Of a DNA stretch of 64,000 nt, positions 31,111 through 46,860 are shown piece by piece. Positions within the stretch are counted from its first letter, which is position 1. Every line of letters starts with the position of its first letter. Position numbers and translations under genes: made by a program. The notes under the pieces are model-generated. The model did not search any database. It had not been told where the DNA came from and saw only the letters and a list, made by a program, of their open reading frames with translations. Source of the DNA: the human T2T-CHM13v2.0 reference genome, Homo sapiens. The stretch lies in NCBI RefSeq assembly GCF_009914755.1, contig NC_060926.1. The stretch is one strand, 5' to 3'.

Positions 31111-34100
31111 TATCTACATTGACTGTAGCTCTCAATGGAAATAGAGGAAAAGCAGTCTAACAAAGCATGGAAGTATACTGTAGTAGATTCTCTAGTGACA
31201 GGATCTGTAAATTTATATTATTTTAATTTTCCAAGTCATTTAAATACACCCAGTAGACAGGGATCAAATCTACAAACAACTGATGTCTATATCTCACAGC
31301 TTGTGGCAATCCACACATTTCATACATTTTTTTCTGATAATTCCACTTTGATAGAAAGTAATACAAATGCCAATTATGGTTTTTGGAAAGTAACTACAAT
31401 TCCAAAGCACGAAACCAAACTGTGTTAAAGATAAACCTACAGTCACTGGAATTTCTCTGTATACAAAGCGTCTGAGTCACTGAAGTGTCACTGCGAGATG
31501 CATTTCTCCCAAGGTGTCGTTCTAAATATGCAAGGATGCTGATGGGCAGGCCCTGGAGGGAGAATCCTAGGCTACAGGAGGGAGTTCCTCTCTCAAATGA
31601 GTCACCAGGACTATTAAAGTGGGGCTGCTCAATGTATTTCCCTAAGGAAGTTCATCTTTCACTGACTTTCTCGACTGTACCAAATGGCCTCCTGCAGGGT
31701 CTTTGGTTTCCTTATTTTAAGAGAAAGATATGATAACTGAAGAAAAATCCTCTTCCAGGAATTTATATCATTACACTCTTCCTACCAATGAACAAATACT
31801 AAATCTCAAAAAAACAAAAGTTGTTATGGGGTAAAAATATTGAGTCCTTATATTATTTATGTGAGTCACTATCCAATAATTCATAATTTAATAAGCATCA
31901 TTGGCCAGAAGATTTTAACTACGTACCTGCCACAGCACATGGCCAGGAAGCAATGTGCCAGACAGTGCAAGGGAATCAAGGAAAGGTTTCTGGTCTAGTG
32001 GCTGTTCTGTAGTGTAGCTGCTGAGATGCCAATCACAGGCATGGCAAAATACAAAAGACACACACTAAAAAGGAAGAGCACCAGGTCGAACAGCATAGAG
32101 AGCGTAGAGAAGATGAGAGAGGACATGGTGGAGTCAGAAAGGTGTCATGGAAAAAACAGGTCTAATGGATGAGCAAAATGGGGCTAGAGAGAGTTAAGGA
32201 GTGGCAAAAGCAGGGAGGCACAGATGAAGCATGCTGGGTTTGAAGAATGGCGAGATGACCTACGCAGGAATTCTAGCTTTACTATTACTTTGCCTCCCTG
32301 AGAACTCTTCTGCAAATGACTTTCCTGAACACAAACACAGATTACTGGTTATTTCTGAAATAGTAATAGCTGGACAGACCTGAGCAAACTTTACTCTCCC
32401 ACTTGCTTTTTTCCAAGACGAACAGCATGTAGTCTGCAAGAACAAAGCTAAGTAGTGTGCACGAGGACGGTCCGAGCAGAATAAAGTGTGGTAACATGCA
32501 TGGGGATTGAATTCTCTGGACATGAGCTCATTGGTATCACACTCTTCATGCTGGGGAAGCAAACATCCGTGGCTCTGTCTACAGGCAGCACCTCATAGAT
32601 CAAATCAATGGTTAGCGAGTGAGCAGGCCATTTTTCCACAGAGAGAAGTGCATTTTTATAAGATATCTTCCCCTAACTCTGTCTCAAGTTAGGATGCCAT
32701 CTTCTTTTCCTAAGGTTTTAATAGTCGACTAGGTAACAGACAATGAGATAAAAAAAATGTGACTGCTTATTTTTTTTGGAGGATGATGATAATCATGCCA
32801 ACTTTGCTAGCTGACCCATTTTGGGTGTTACTTTATTCCTTGCTATAACAAAAATCTCCAACCCAGATGACAAAGTAGAATCCCTGAAACTAAGATCAAT
32901 GTATCTCGAATTGCACAAAAGTAGATTTTGTGGGCATGATCCAATCCCCCCACCCCCACCAGTGCTACAGAGCTGTGTGTCGCAGGAACAAAAAGCTGAG
33001 GGGATTTCCACAGATCACCCATTACAAAACCACACACGCTGGTCACTAGAGAGGAAAACAGTCCTGGACAGAATGAGGAGTGGTTTGCGTAGGGATGAAA
33101 ACTAGCTGGATCCTTCAGCAGGACATCAGTGAAGATTCCTGCCCCTAAAAATATCAGAATGTTCCACTCTGAGTGGGAGTTTTCATCTTTAAATGTTATT
33201 TAATGTTTTAGAACATCATACAAGATTTTTTAAAATGGTGTAACTAAGCAACATCCCCTCTGACAAAGGGGGAGAGCAGCATTTTGATTAATATATTTGA
33301 ATATTTTGGTTATTGGAAGAGGTAACGGAAGAATGCTCAGAAGGATGGAAAAGGGAAGTTGGTGCCCAGGGGCACAGGCTTCTGTTGCACCTACAATGTG
33401 TAACCTCTGACTGCAAGAGGAGCATTTTTTTTTTTTGTAAAAAGCTATTTCTGAGAAATATATACAAAGGCAGGTGGAAGTAAGCACAGGCACGATGACT
33501 GATTAGGGAGGACCCCAGTGATCCACAGAGCCCAGCCCTCCTGTTCATAAGCAGGAGAGATGGAGGACATGGACCAAAGAGCAATGAATGAGTCCATCTA
33601 TCCTAGCTGCTTTTTCCCACAGCCTGATGTGGCAGGCAACATCTCCCCCTGCTGGCCTCAAATTATGGGAAAAAAATAAAAAAATATATATATAAAATAT
33701 ATATTTGTATAGAAACATTTTAATATTTGCATATACTTATATGTATCCAAATATATAATATATGTTATATATCTATCTACCTCCATTCTTTTGGGCTATA
33801 AAAAGAGTATTTTGAATTCACTAATCGAAAGCATGTTGCCTCAGAGGGCAGTGAGCTAGGAAAAGGGAAAGGCATCCTGTACGAACCTGTAAGGACCTGA
33901 TATCGGCTGAGCCAGGTCTAGCCTCAGGAGGAAGAGAACAGAGGATGAGCGGCATCTGCTCTCTGAGGTCCCTTCTGGACAGCTGAAGCCAGTCATAGAT
34001 CATGGCAATATAAGGGCCCCTTTTGATAATCTTCAGGATACATTTGCTTATAGCATTGCTAAAATACAGATTTAGCACTCTGTATTTGAATATTCTTTAA

Positions 34101-36421
34101 ACAGAAAAACCCCATTATTTTCAAATTTTTGACTTACTAATTTTCATAAATACAAATGAAGATGTCCCTCAGGGTAGCAGCATGCCTGCTCCCCTCTACC
34201 ATGGGTTGGAGGGTGGTCATTTGTGAGACGTCACTTTGGGCATATTCCAGGGCAAGTTGGGGAGGCGGAGGGGCTTTGAACAGTGTTTAGGAACTTAAAC
34301 CTGTTCTCGAGTAAAGGGGTTTCTGTAACTGTGAAATTCTGACACTGCATTTAAAATCAACCATTCTACCACCTGTTTAAAAGAAGAATACATTTCTGGG
34401 TTTGTATATGAATAAAATATTTCCAGATAGATAACTTGACACTGGTTGTAGTGGTTGCCTTCAGGGTGGGAAAACTGGCAATTGGACATGAAGCTGGGGA
34501 GACGTTTACTTTCAATTTTTATACTTTTTAAACATTATACTCTTTCGTATATTACCTATTCAAAATTATTTTTTAGAAAAGCAATCACAACTCAGCTGTA
34601 TTAACCCTAGGCATTTATATAAGATTATATTTCAAGCCCTCTCTGCAAAAAGGTTCTACAAGCCACTCCCTGCAAGAAATGGTTTTGCCTCAGACTAGGA
34701 TCTCATCCATCATCTTAAATAGCTACACGATTCACTCAGGCAGTAGTTAACAGCCTGTTCCTATTTAGAGAGTCTGGATTTTCCCCAAGTTTCTAGAAGT
34801 TGAATATTTGAAGCATAAAGATGGATGGAATAAAAATGTCCTTCTTCCTTTAATCATATCTATTTTACTTAAAAGGTAGAATAATCTTAAAGAATCAAGC
34901 TAATCGTAATTTATTCTAGAACATGACTTTCACCATTGTCCTATGTGTTTTCATTAAACTATTAATATTATGATTCTTATTCACAGCTTTACTCTTCATG
35001 CTTTTGAGGAAATTTACCCACATGCCAGTGACATGCTCACTTGTCAGTTACATGTCACTGGAAGTTGTCTTCTCTTTAACAAGGGCCAGTGGAGCCTGAA
35101 ATGGCCAGGCTTTCCTCTGCTAAAACTCAGAAAAACAAAAGGGACAATATCCATGCAGATGTGGCAGAAACCTAATAGGACTAGAGAACTAACTGGGCCT
35201 AAAATATAAAGTGTGAAGATGGGGGATGAAAAGCATTAAATCTCCATCCAAGGGGCAAAAAGACCTTTCTGATATTGGTGGGAGGGGACTTAGGAATGGT
35301 GAAAGTTACAGAAAAGGCTCTGATAGTAAAAATAAGAGACCGAGGCCACCCCATCTACACCAAATAAAAAGGCACCCATGACACATCTATTCTGGCAAGG
35401 TACCAACCTGAGCACCACTCAGAGAAAAGACTCTCACTCACAGTTGTCACTTGCATACTGTTTCCTAATCCTATATACATTTCCCAGGGCTGGGATGGGT
35501 AAGTATGTGAAATCGCTATGTAATTTATACAAATATCAGTGTTTTGTCATATTCCTCAATGATCACATATCAATTCAGTACATAGCAATGTAGGATGAAG
35601 TTTAGTACTCTAAGCTCACTCATTGATACAAGATTTAGTGAGCACCTAGAATAAGACCCAGCACAAAGGTAGCACTCAATGAATATTTCAGGATAGATGA
35701 GGAGATAGATGGACAGATGGATGGAAGGAGGGAAGGAAGAACAGAAAGCAAATATGAATAAATGAATGACCACAACCCATAAAAGACTGTATAGAATGAA
35801 ACAGACATTCTGGCCTGCCAGTACTTTTGAAACCTCTTAAATTTTAAAACTCACAAATGCATACTGCACAAATGACCCATTCAGGTTCTGTGAGCCTGAG
35901 CTCTCTTGAATACTTGACTGTCTTATGACAAGTAAGTGTAGATGAAGCTGGCCCTCCTCTTGAATGCCCTGAGGCTCATCTACCCACATTTATACTTGGT
36001 TTTGTCCTTCAAATCCATTCAGGTAAGCCCTATAATGAAATAAATTTGGACTACCTGCCTCCTCTGGGGATTTATCCAGACAAACTAAAGCCATCTTAAA
36101 TTCACAAATAGCCTACGTAGTGCTCAAATCCAGGTTTTCCCTGGAACTTTAATAGATCAATTTTCAGAGATTTTTAAACCTTTGTTTGGACTTCTGGTGA
36201 GTTAAAGATAAACAAATTTCCTTTCTGCAGATAAAAACAAACATTTTTAAATACTTTGCATTTTCAGGATTGGAGGTGGAAAATATTTTAGAAACTGTCT
36301 AATCTCTTCACAATTTTAAAAAAAAGTTCCATGCAATCAGCTCCAGAGATTCAACCAACATTCCATTGTGAGTCCCTTTAAGAATGCTCTAGCCAGACAA
36401 TGGGTTTTAAAAATGACATCC

Positions 36422-36833
<412 letters not shown>

Positions 36834-38227
36834 TCATTCTGATTAATGAAGAAAGACTTATTCAAAGGAGAATCTTTCTGAAATTCCTATTCACTGTCCT
36901 GAACTTTACTTATACTACATTTCTCAGTCTTTAAAAAATGCATCACTGAATATTTCCAGTTTTACAATTATGCTCCGCAATACTCCCAATTTTATGTGAG
37001 AAGAATTAAGGTGGAAATGCTAAAATACGGAGAAAAGAAAAAAAAAAACCCTTCTCTTTTCTTCATTCCCAACTCCTAGTTTCAATATCAAGCCCATTTC
37101 TATTAAATACTAGGGTGAGATGTAGAGAAATCAGTCAAGACAGATCTATTTAACTATAGCCTAATCAGCCAGGACATTATGAATCTCTAACACTTTGGGA
37201 GGGAGAAAGAAAATCAATCACAGTAAAGGGGATACTCTGTAAATGGGCTTTTTCTCACATTATATTCCAAACTATAGCAGCATGTGGTACTGACTTCTTC
37301 CCATGGGTTCACATGAGCCTTGTAATATCAATCTGTGCACTCCAACAGGCAATAATTACCAGCAGCCTTCAGCATTTTGGAGTGATTTTGCCAAAATCAC
37401 TCCAAAGGAAGTGATTTTACCTTTTCCCCTGAAGTTCAGTTGGCAATATTTCTCAGCTAGATCAGCCTTTTAAACACCAGGATCCTTTCAAAGGAGGAAT
37501 CACACTGAAAGTAAAACCAGCTATTTCCCATTCCATTTTCCCACATTCTTTTATCACTTATTTCTTCATTACTTAGATAGTCGTGCCAGCTGGGGCAATG
37601 TTGGAAAGTTACATAGACATAAGTCGGAAAAACAAATCATCCATAATTCCACCTGCCAGAAACCATCCTCATTCACATGTTGGCAAGTTTTCTTCCAAAC
37701 TTTCCTATATGCTGTGCTATTAGCTAGGATTCTGCTGAATGTACCTACTTCCCCTTTCTGACCTTCCTTTCTCTCTGCTTTTTGTGAGCATTTTCCCTTA
37801 AAAATGACATTTCTTTTAAGGCCTAAGAGAGAATCCAGTCAGAAAACTGGAATATGAAAAGAAGACATTTCTTATGGGGCAGAAGCAGGATTAGAGAAAG
37901 TTCTAGAGTGCTGATTTACTAGTAAGGATGGTAAAAGAAATTATTTCATGCCTTTAATGGCAATTCAAAGTAACAGATGTTAACCTTTTAAGATAACTGT
38001 GTATTAGAGAAGTTTGATATGCTTCACAAAGATATGCTTGTGGCAGGTTTCCATTTAATCAAATCTTTAATGTTCACGTTTAGTAAGTGCTATCTTTAAG
38101 TACTAGTACCCACACATTCTCTTTTATATTAAATCTTTTGCATATACTAATCTTAAGGCTCACTCAGAGCTCAACAACTCAGAAAAAGTTTAAAAAGCCC
38201 ATTTTTTTTTCTACATTAAAGAAAAAT

Positions 38228-38548
<321 letters not shown>

Positions 38549-38989
38549 CTATAAATGTAGAAGTTAACCTGGACCAACTAGTAAAGCATTTATTCCTTCC
38601 TTCTTCTATATATTCCACAAAAATGTACTGAGTATTTACTATTTTTTCAATAATATTGGTGGCAACTATAAATAACACCATCACCCAACAGAAAAAGGGA
38701 CAAGATATTTTTGTGAACCAGGCACTATATATGAGCATTTGAATTTATAAATGACTATAACACTGAATTAATTAGGTAATAGTTGAGTTATCTGCAGCCA
38801 ATGTCTGATTTTCTGGTAAGCCGACCTCAATGTCAGTGAGCCCGTCTATTTCATCAACACTTTGAAAAGACTGGGGTCCACACACGAAGTTATTCTGCCG
38901 CTGGCAAAAATTATAATGAGATATTTCAAAGGCAAGTCATGTTATTAAATTAAGCGATATCTTGACTTATTCTTTCTGAAATTCATATG

Positions 38990-39226
38990 AATAAATATTA
39001 ATTATAGATATAAAGGGTATATAAAAATGTGTAAAGTATTAAAGTAACCATATATAATTTATATACCATACATTCATAATGTATATGTAAAATATAAAAT
39101 ATACTATATATATTTTTGTATATATACATGTATATGTATGTACATGTAATATTTGCATATATATGTAAATGTGTATGTTTGTGTGTGTGTGTGTGTATAT
39201 ACATATACACACATGCACATATTATA
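38990..39226. repeat. AT/(TA)/(TG) low-complexity tract
   Basis: Degenerate TA, TG and CA dinucleotide runs. Confidence 0.85.
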
Positions 39227-39562
39227 TAGTTGTCCCTTGATATCCACGGGGGATTCGTTCCAAGACCCCCATGGGATACCAAAATCCACAGATGCTCAAG
39301 TTCCTTACATAAAGTGTCAGAGTATATGCATATAACCTGTGTACATCCTCTCGTATACTTTAAATCATCTCTAGATAACTTATAATACCTAACATAAATG
39401 CTATGCAAATAATTGTTATACCATATTGTTTAGGGAATAATAAGAAAAAATGTCTGTACTTGTTCAGTAGAGACAAAATGACATTTTTTTTTCCTGAATA
39501 TTTTTGATCCACAGTTGGTTGAATCTGTAGGTGTGAAATCCACGGATATGGATGGCTAACTG
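39227..39562. mobile_element. MER2-like Tigger DNA transposon
   Basis: Terminal inverted repeats (agttgtcccttgatatcc...ggatatggatggctaactg) with TA flanks. Confidence 0.85.
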
Positions 39563-39765
39563 TATATTTAAACACATACAGTTTTTTCAAAATATGTGAA
39601 CATTCTTTACTGAGCATTTTCTAAAACAATATATTTTCCATCATGGCATAAATATGTAAATCCAAACCAAAGAATTTCAAAATAACATTCAAAAAGACTC
39701 CATAGAATTCTGCATACTTATGCAATGTTCAATAATAAGTTTATATTTCACACTTAGTTACTTAC

Positions 39766-39873
39766 GTTCCATGAAATAGGGCCCAGGCTCAATTCTCCAT
39801 ACAATTTGCCCTTTTTGTGTTCCAGTCACACCCCTGTTCTTAGAATCCCAGAAGTTGGCTGGAGAATTCTCAT
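39766..39873 (-). CDS. HECW2: HECW2 exon ~3 (108 nt), HECW N-terminal domain: (D)[35 protein letters not shown]
   Basis: tttctag|ATGAGAAT...GGAAC|gtaagt; phase 1-1. Confidence 0.96.
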
Positions 39874-41389
39874 CTAGAAAAACCAAAGAAACACTTTTCA
39901 GATTAATTATAACCTTTCTCTCCGTAGCAGGAAGATTAACATAAGTTCTAAAATAAATGGAAAAAAGATAAATGAGAAAATATAATGCACATTATTCTTA
40001 ATGACTACCTCCCAGCAGAGTATTACCCGAGTTTCTGTGCTTGCATTTATGTGGGAGAAAGAAGGCTGGGGGGAAAGAAGATGGCATCTCTGGGCTTGGC
40101 CAAGGTGGTCAATGTTGCCAAAAGACAAAACTGCAAAGAACAAAGGGTACAACTGCTACAACTTTAGCTATGAGCTGATTTATAACAAAGGGGTTGGGTG
40201 TGCTCCCATTTGTAAAACGCTTTTATAAAAAGGAAAGGAAGAACAGACCTAGGAGAATATAACAGAATTCAAGATGGGATGAACAAAAGGGACGTTAAGC
40301 TACGAAAGTGAGTCAAGATACAGCACAGCTTTGCCAGGAACAGTGTTTAGGGAACACAAACCAAGTTCATCACATCTGTCAGGACAGTCCTTTGCAAAAG
40401 ACCAAAGGCATAGACCTTGAGACAAGATAAGAAAAAAAAAAAAAAAAAAAAAAAGAGTCTCTATAGGCTTTTGTGTTGAAGAAGAATAGAAAGAACAGTG
40501 ATCCCCCCAAAAGGCCTGAAAGCAGCATTTTCCAAGCTTTCTGACCTCATGGCACAAAGAAAGTGGTAGTATTTGTATGGCAACACTAGATTCAACAGAG
40601 GCCATGATTACAATTTAATATGACAGGCAGGGATGCTCTGGCTTCCTCAGACTCTGCCCCCAGCACCCTGAGGACTGGGGATTCATATTCTATAATTTGC
40701 TCACATTACACTAGTTTGAAGCTCTGTCTTAGTGGCCCAGAATAGGAAATGAAACTAGAAAACACGAAAAGGAGACAATTTGGAGTTTTATAGGCACATT
40801 AAAAAGTATATAGTGATCCTGGCTCTTAATGCCAGATGTACCTCATTTGTTTCCCCAAATCCCTTTCCAAGGAGGAAGGATTAAGGTTGCACTTTAACTG
40901 AGAGTTGGAATAAAGAAGACGGGGTGAAGTATGAGCTACACTAAAAATGGAAAGATGGAGAAAAGGTCCCAAGCCCAAAGGAATAGTCCTGAGGAGAAAA
41001 ACCTTTCTTCTTTTAAGCATGAAAGAAACAGAAAATGGGTCAAAGCAAGGGGACAGAGGGATTTCTGGTTTTTTTTGTGGTTGCCCTACTAGTTTCATCA
41101 TATTGAAAAGCCAAAGAACTTTGGGAGGGATGGTCCTTTCATGCATTTGCATTGAGCACATTATAAGTCAAAGGTTCTTTACTGTGAAAGGCCAAGAAGC
41201 AGCCACTGTTCTTTATAAGAATGGAAAGACATAACCCATTCATGGCATCACATCCTCTCCTAGATAAACAATGCGAGCAAACAACTCCATTTCATACAGA
41301 AATATAACCAAGATGCTGATACTTAGATGGTACTCGGGCAATCACTTAAAAATCACTGGATTTGAAAGGTATCACATGGCTCCTCAGGG

Positions 41390-41827
41390 CAGACCCTGCT
41401 TGCTGCATAACCACTGAGCTTCTACCTTGCCAACTGAACCCCAATTTTGTTCAAGGCAACAATGTGCCCTGTTAAAAATACCTCTCCAAAATCCCATCCA
41501 GCTAATGGTGACATGTGGCCTGGTTCTGCCCAGTGAAATGTAAGTGGAAGTCTACTAGGTGGAACCCTATGGAAAACTGTAATTTTCCTAATAAGAAAAG
41601 GACAAACTCAACATCCTTTTGCTCTTCCCTGTCCCCTCTTTTTGAAGTAAAGCCACATTGCTAAGATGGCAGAGCAAGAAGCAAGACGCAATCAGGATGA
41701 TCCATTGAGCCCTGACCCACCTGCCTTCAGGCTTCTTGCTACCTAGGAAAAAAAAATCCCATTTGGTTAAGCCACTGTGGTTGTGTTTCTGTTACCTGCA
41801 GCTACACACAATTCTTAACAGATATAC
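41390..41827 (+). mobile_element. Old MaLR LTR (MLT1J/K/I-like)
   Basis: cagtgaaatgtaagtggaagt core; ttaagccactg...ttctgttacctgcagc...ttcttaacagatata end. Confidence 0.6.
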
Positions 41828-42828
41828 CCATCCTAAAAACCACTCAGTGATTCAGACTCATCATTTCTGACTTGATCTGGAATCCTCAAGTTTGGATCAC
41901 TGCTCCAGGTTAGACAACAAGGGTATTTGCTTCACCTTCTGAAAGATACTTTAATTAGCAGAGCTGCTTGGATGCTGGGAGAAGAACTCTCCTATTTTCA
42001 CAAATAAATTTACTTATTAGCTACTGGTCACTTGGAAGGCACAGAAGGCTGGACTCTAAAAGAAAGAGAACACACACATAGGAGATAGAGGGTGTCCACC
42101 TATTCACAAAGCTTTTTAAAAAAGTAGTTATGTACATGGGAAATTTCCTAAAAACGTTGTTGTAACAGATTCCTTCCTCTTGAGGCCTCAGAAAAGATGA
42201 GGCAGTATCAAATCTGGTTTTAAGGAGCAAGTACTAGAATCAAGAAGATAAAAAGCAACTGTAAAAAAGTTGTACCTGTTAATGTGACCTCACTGTAAAA
42301 GTGTATGCATTATTTGGTATTACTAAACTTTTTCTCCCCAGGCAATCAATTAAGCCAATAAATTAATCCAAACGCATTTCTGACATGACAATTTTGGGAA
42401 CATGGACCAGTGAGGGTCAAAAATTAGAATGGATGGGTAGGAATGGGATGAGGATGAGGCCTGAACCCTGGACAGAGGAGATCCTGAGGCTCCTTTACAT
42501 GGTCCCTAGAAGGGAGCTTGGACAGAGAACTGGTGTCAGCATCTCTTATTCTAAGTGGGTCACTAATATCACTTCCTTTGCTAGTTAGGTTCATCTCTAG
42601 GTATAAATATTGTACTACTTGCATACCCTTGCTTAGTCTCAGAAGTAGGAAATAAGGGAGAATAAATAACGTGTGCTTTCTTCCCAGACCCTTTACCATG
42701 AAACAAGCCTAGAGTTAAGTGTTCAATCCACCCACCAGCTCCTGTAGGTTGGGATAAACTCTATATCTCTGTAACTCTGCCTTAGTTCCCCTGGTTAGTT
42801 CATAGGCCATGTAGAAAATTCCATTTCC

Positions 42829-43620
<792 letters not shown>

Positions 43621-44468
43621 TGGTGAAATCTGTGACATTTAAAGAAATAAAAGTTAGCCCTTTGAAGCCAAATGGGTAAATTGTACCATGAGTATTCAGG
43701 TTCACACAGAACACAAATGTTCCATATACGACAAAAAATGGGTCAGAAGCAGAATGAGCTGACCCTGAGCAGAAGCTGGATGGGCCTGTTTTGATTACAG
43801 AAAACAAGTTCAAATGCCATGGCCAGTGACCATCCTTTGGCCTTCATAAGGAAGGAAAGCTGCTGCGTTATTCCTTGCCAACCATGGTGCTTGTCAAGTA
43901 AGAGACCCTCAAGTTAATATTCTGGTTATTCTAGATGGAAATTTTTCTTTGATGTGATCATATTCTTGATAATTCATTATCCTTGACAGATACAAATACT
44001 TCCGCCACTGAGTGGCAGCAACCCTTAATTGCAAATATGAATCCTGAGAAATAAGTTTAGGGACACAGAGTTCACATTACTGTGAAATGGCTACTACAAT
44101 CTCTACAACTGCCACTGCTCCTACTGTGGCTAGCAGAGCTATGGCCAGCCTTGGCACATCATGCTAAGAAATGCCTAGAATGACTAATTCCTTTGTTCCA
44201 AGAAGATCAATTTTAATTAGTCCTTTAGATTAAATTTTTTGTTCACATCTTTGTTTACGTTGCAGTCAATTTTGGTCTAGCCTGAGAATCATTTTAGAGT
44301 GGTAGCATTTTCTCTGCTCAGCTCTATTGTTCATGGATTTTTTTGTATAGGCCAACATATTTTTTTTCCTATATTCAATGAACTATTCTTTTTTATCCTC
44401 ATTTAGTACCTGTATGAGGTGATTTGGTTTTTTCAAAATGCCCCCAACCCAAAGTAAGAACAATAGTG

Positions 44469-44764
44469 GGCCCAGGTGCAGTGGGTCATGCCTGTCATCC
44501 TAACACTTCAGTAGGACAAGATAGGAGGATTGCTTGAGGCCAGAAGTTTGAGACCAGCCTGGGCAACACAACAAGACCCTGTCTCTACAAAAAAAAAATT
44601 TTTTTAATTAGCTGGGCATGGTGGCATGCACCTGTAGCCCTAGTTACTCAGAAGGCTGAGACAGGGGTGTCCCTTGAGCCCAGGAGTTTGAGGCTGCAGT
44701 GAGCCACGATTGCACCACTGCACTGTAGCCCAGATGACAGAGCAAGACCCTAACTCAAAAAAAA
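44469..44764 (+). mobile_element. AluJ
   Basis: ggaggattgcttgagg diagnostics; TSD aagaacaata. Confidence 0.92.
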
Positions 44765-45629
44765 GAACAATAACTGAATATAAAAAGGTATATCAAAGAA
44801 ACAATTCTAAATCCCCCACATGTGTAATATAGAAGTAATTATAACTTTATTTCTTCCTTTAACTGAGTAAAGGTTCCGACAAATCATAGAATGCCACTGG
44901 TCTTTAAAACCAAGTTATACTTGGCCACTTCCCTTTCTCGTTTCTCTTAACAATTCCAAATCTGTCTCTGTCCTCACATCCCCTACCTAATTTCCACCCT
45001 CACTGGAACTCTGTGTGAACTCTGTGTCCCTAAACTCATGCATTCTGTGGCATCCAAGAGGACATTAGGCCTGATCTCCCTTGATTTCTCCATCTCCCTA
45101 CTACTATCTCCTCTGTATCTGTGCCTACTTCTTGCCTTCTTGCCCAGGGTTCTACTCCCCCTTACAGTGGTGCCTGCGGCACCCTCTTCTCCACCAGTCA
45201 CTTTCTGTCATCTTAATATTTAACCTTTTTCTCTAGAGGGACCTTCCACTCAACCTAGACACCTGTCAGCTTCCATGAGGCATATTCTCCTGCTTTTGTC
45301 TTTGTTCTTTGACTATTACCTTCCTTGCCTTCTTTCCCATCCTCATTCCTATTTCCTCTCGTACTAGGATTAAAGTGTCTGTTTTTTTGTTACAAAACAG
45401 TCTATATTACAGGAGTATATATTCTAGATTCTTAGGTTACTTCCTAGTGGAAATATAATTACAAAGAAAGGGACATTGGAGATGTTAATACATATATACC
45501 CAAATACCTTCTAAATCTAATTTTGTTTGGTAGGCTTTATATTAAGCTTGTCCCTTTGTGTCTCACGACTTCTTCATTCTCTTACAAGTCTAGTTGGCTA
45601 CACATTTTCTCTAAATAGAAAAGTGAAAC

Positions 45630-45715
45630 GTGTGTGTGTGTGTGTGTGTGCGCGCACACATGCGTACCTTGGCCTCCCAAAGTACTGGGATTACAGATGT
45701 GAGCCACCATGCCTG
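45630..45715 (-). repeat. (GT)n(GC)n(AC)n tract fused to a ~50-nt Alu 5'-end stub
   Basis: gtgtgt...gcgcgcacaca followed by ccttggcctcccaaagtactgggattacag. Confidence 0.88.
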
Positions 45716-46194
45716 AACATGATACTTATCCAAAGTGATTTCATTTATTATTATTTTAAATTACAACTTAGAGCTACTCCCATTAATCCTGTTACTAATA
45801 CTGGAATTAGTTATGTTAATTCTGCTTCTTCAAGGGAGAAACAAAGTGTTTGGACCCAGGAGATAAAAGAGTAGAAATAGAAGATTACAACACACAACCC
45901 TCTTCTACTAACTATATAATGACACAGAGAAACTTCTCAGAGCTTGTTAATGAGGTGAGAAATAGGCCCCTTTTCCTTCATTAAAACCACATTATTTTTA
46001 GGAGGAACACCTAGGGGTCTTAAACAGAATCTCTATATAAGCAGACTTACCAAAATCTCCTGCACATTCACTGTCACAGATCCTCACGGGTCACCATCTC
46101 TTTTAGCTACCTGATCCTCCAGGGCAACGAATGCCCAACTTCATGGCTCACAATGAATGAGGGGGTGGGTGGTGCTTCTTTAAAATGCTACTTC

Positions 46195-46664
<470 letters not shown>

Positions 46665-46789
46665 TCACAGCAATGCTGTGGACCATGCATATGTCTTTGA
46701 CCATTGTCCCTCTCATTTGTTACCTTGTTCATTCATTCATTCATTTGACAGGTATTTATTGACTGACTACTATGAAGACCATAAGCATC

Positions 46790-46860
46790 TATTTCCTGCC
46801 ATAAGCAGCTGACGGGATAAGGGGGGATATTTCCTGCCATAAGGAGCTGACGGGATAAGG
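46790..46860. repeat. Tandem duplication, period 38
   Basis: tatttcctgccataag(c/g)agctgacgggataagg twice, 1 mismatch in 33 nt. Confidence 0.95.

Noticed and set aside
46806-46822. E-box/GATA composite in the 38-bp duplication
   Set aside because: GGATAA is not WGATAR and the spacing is too short.
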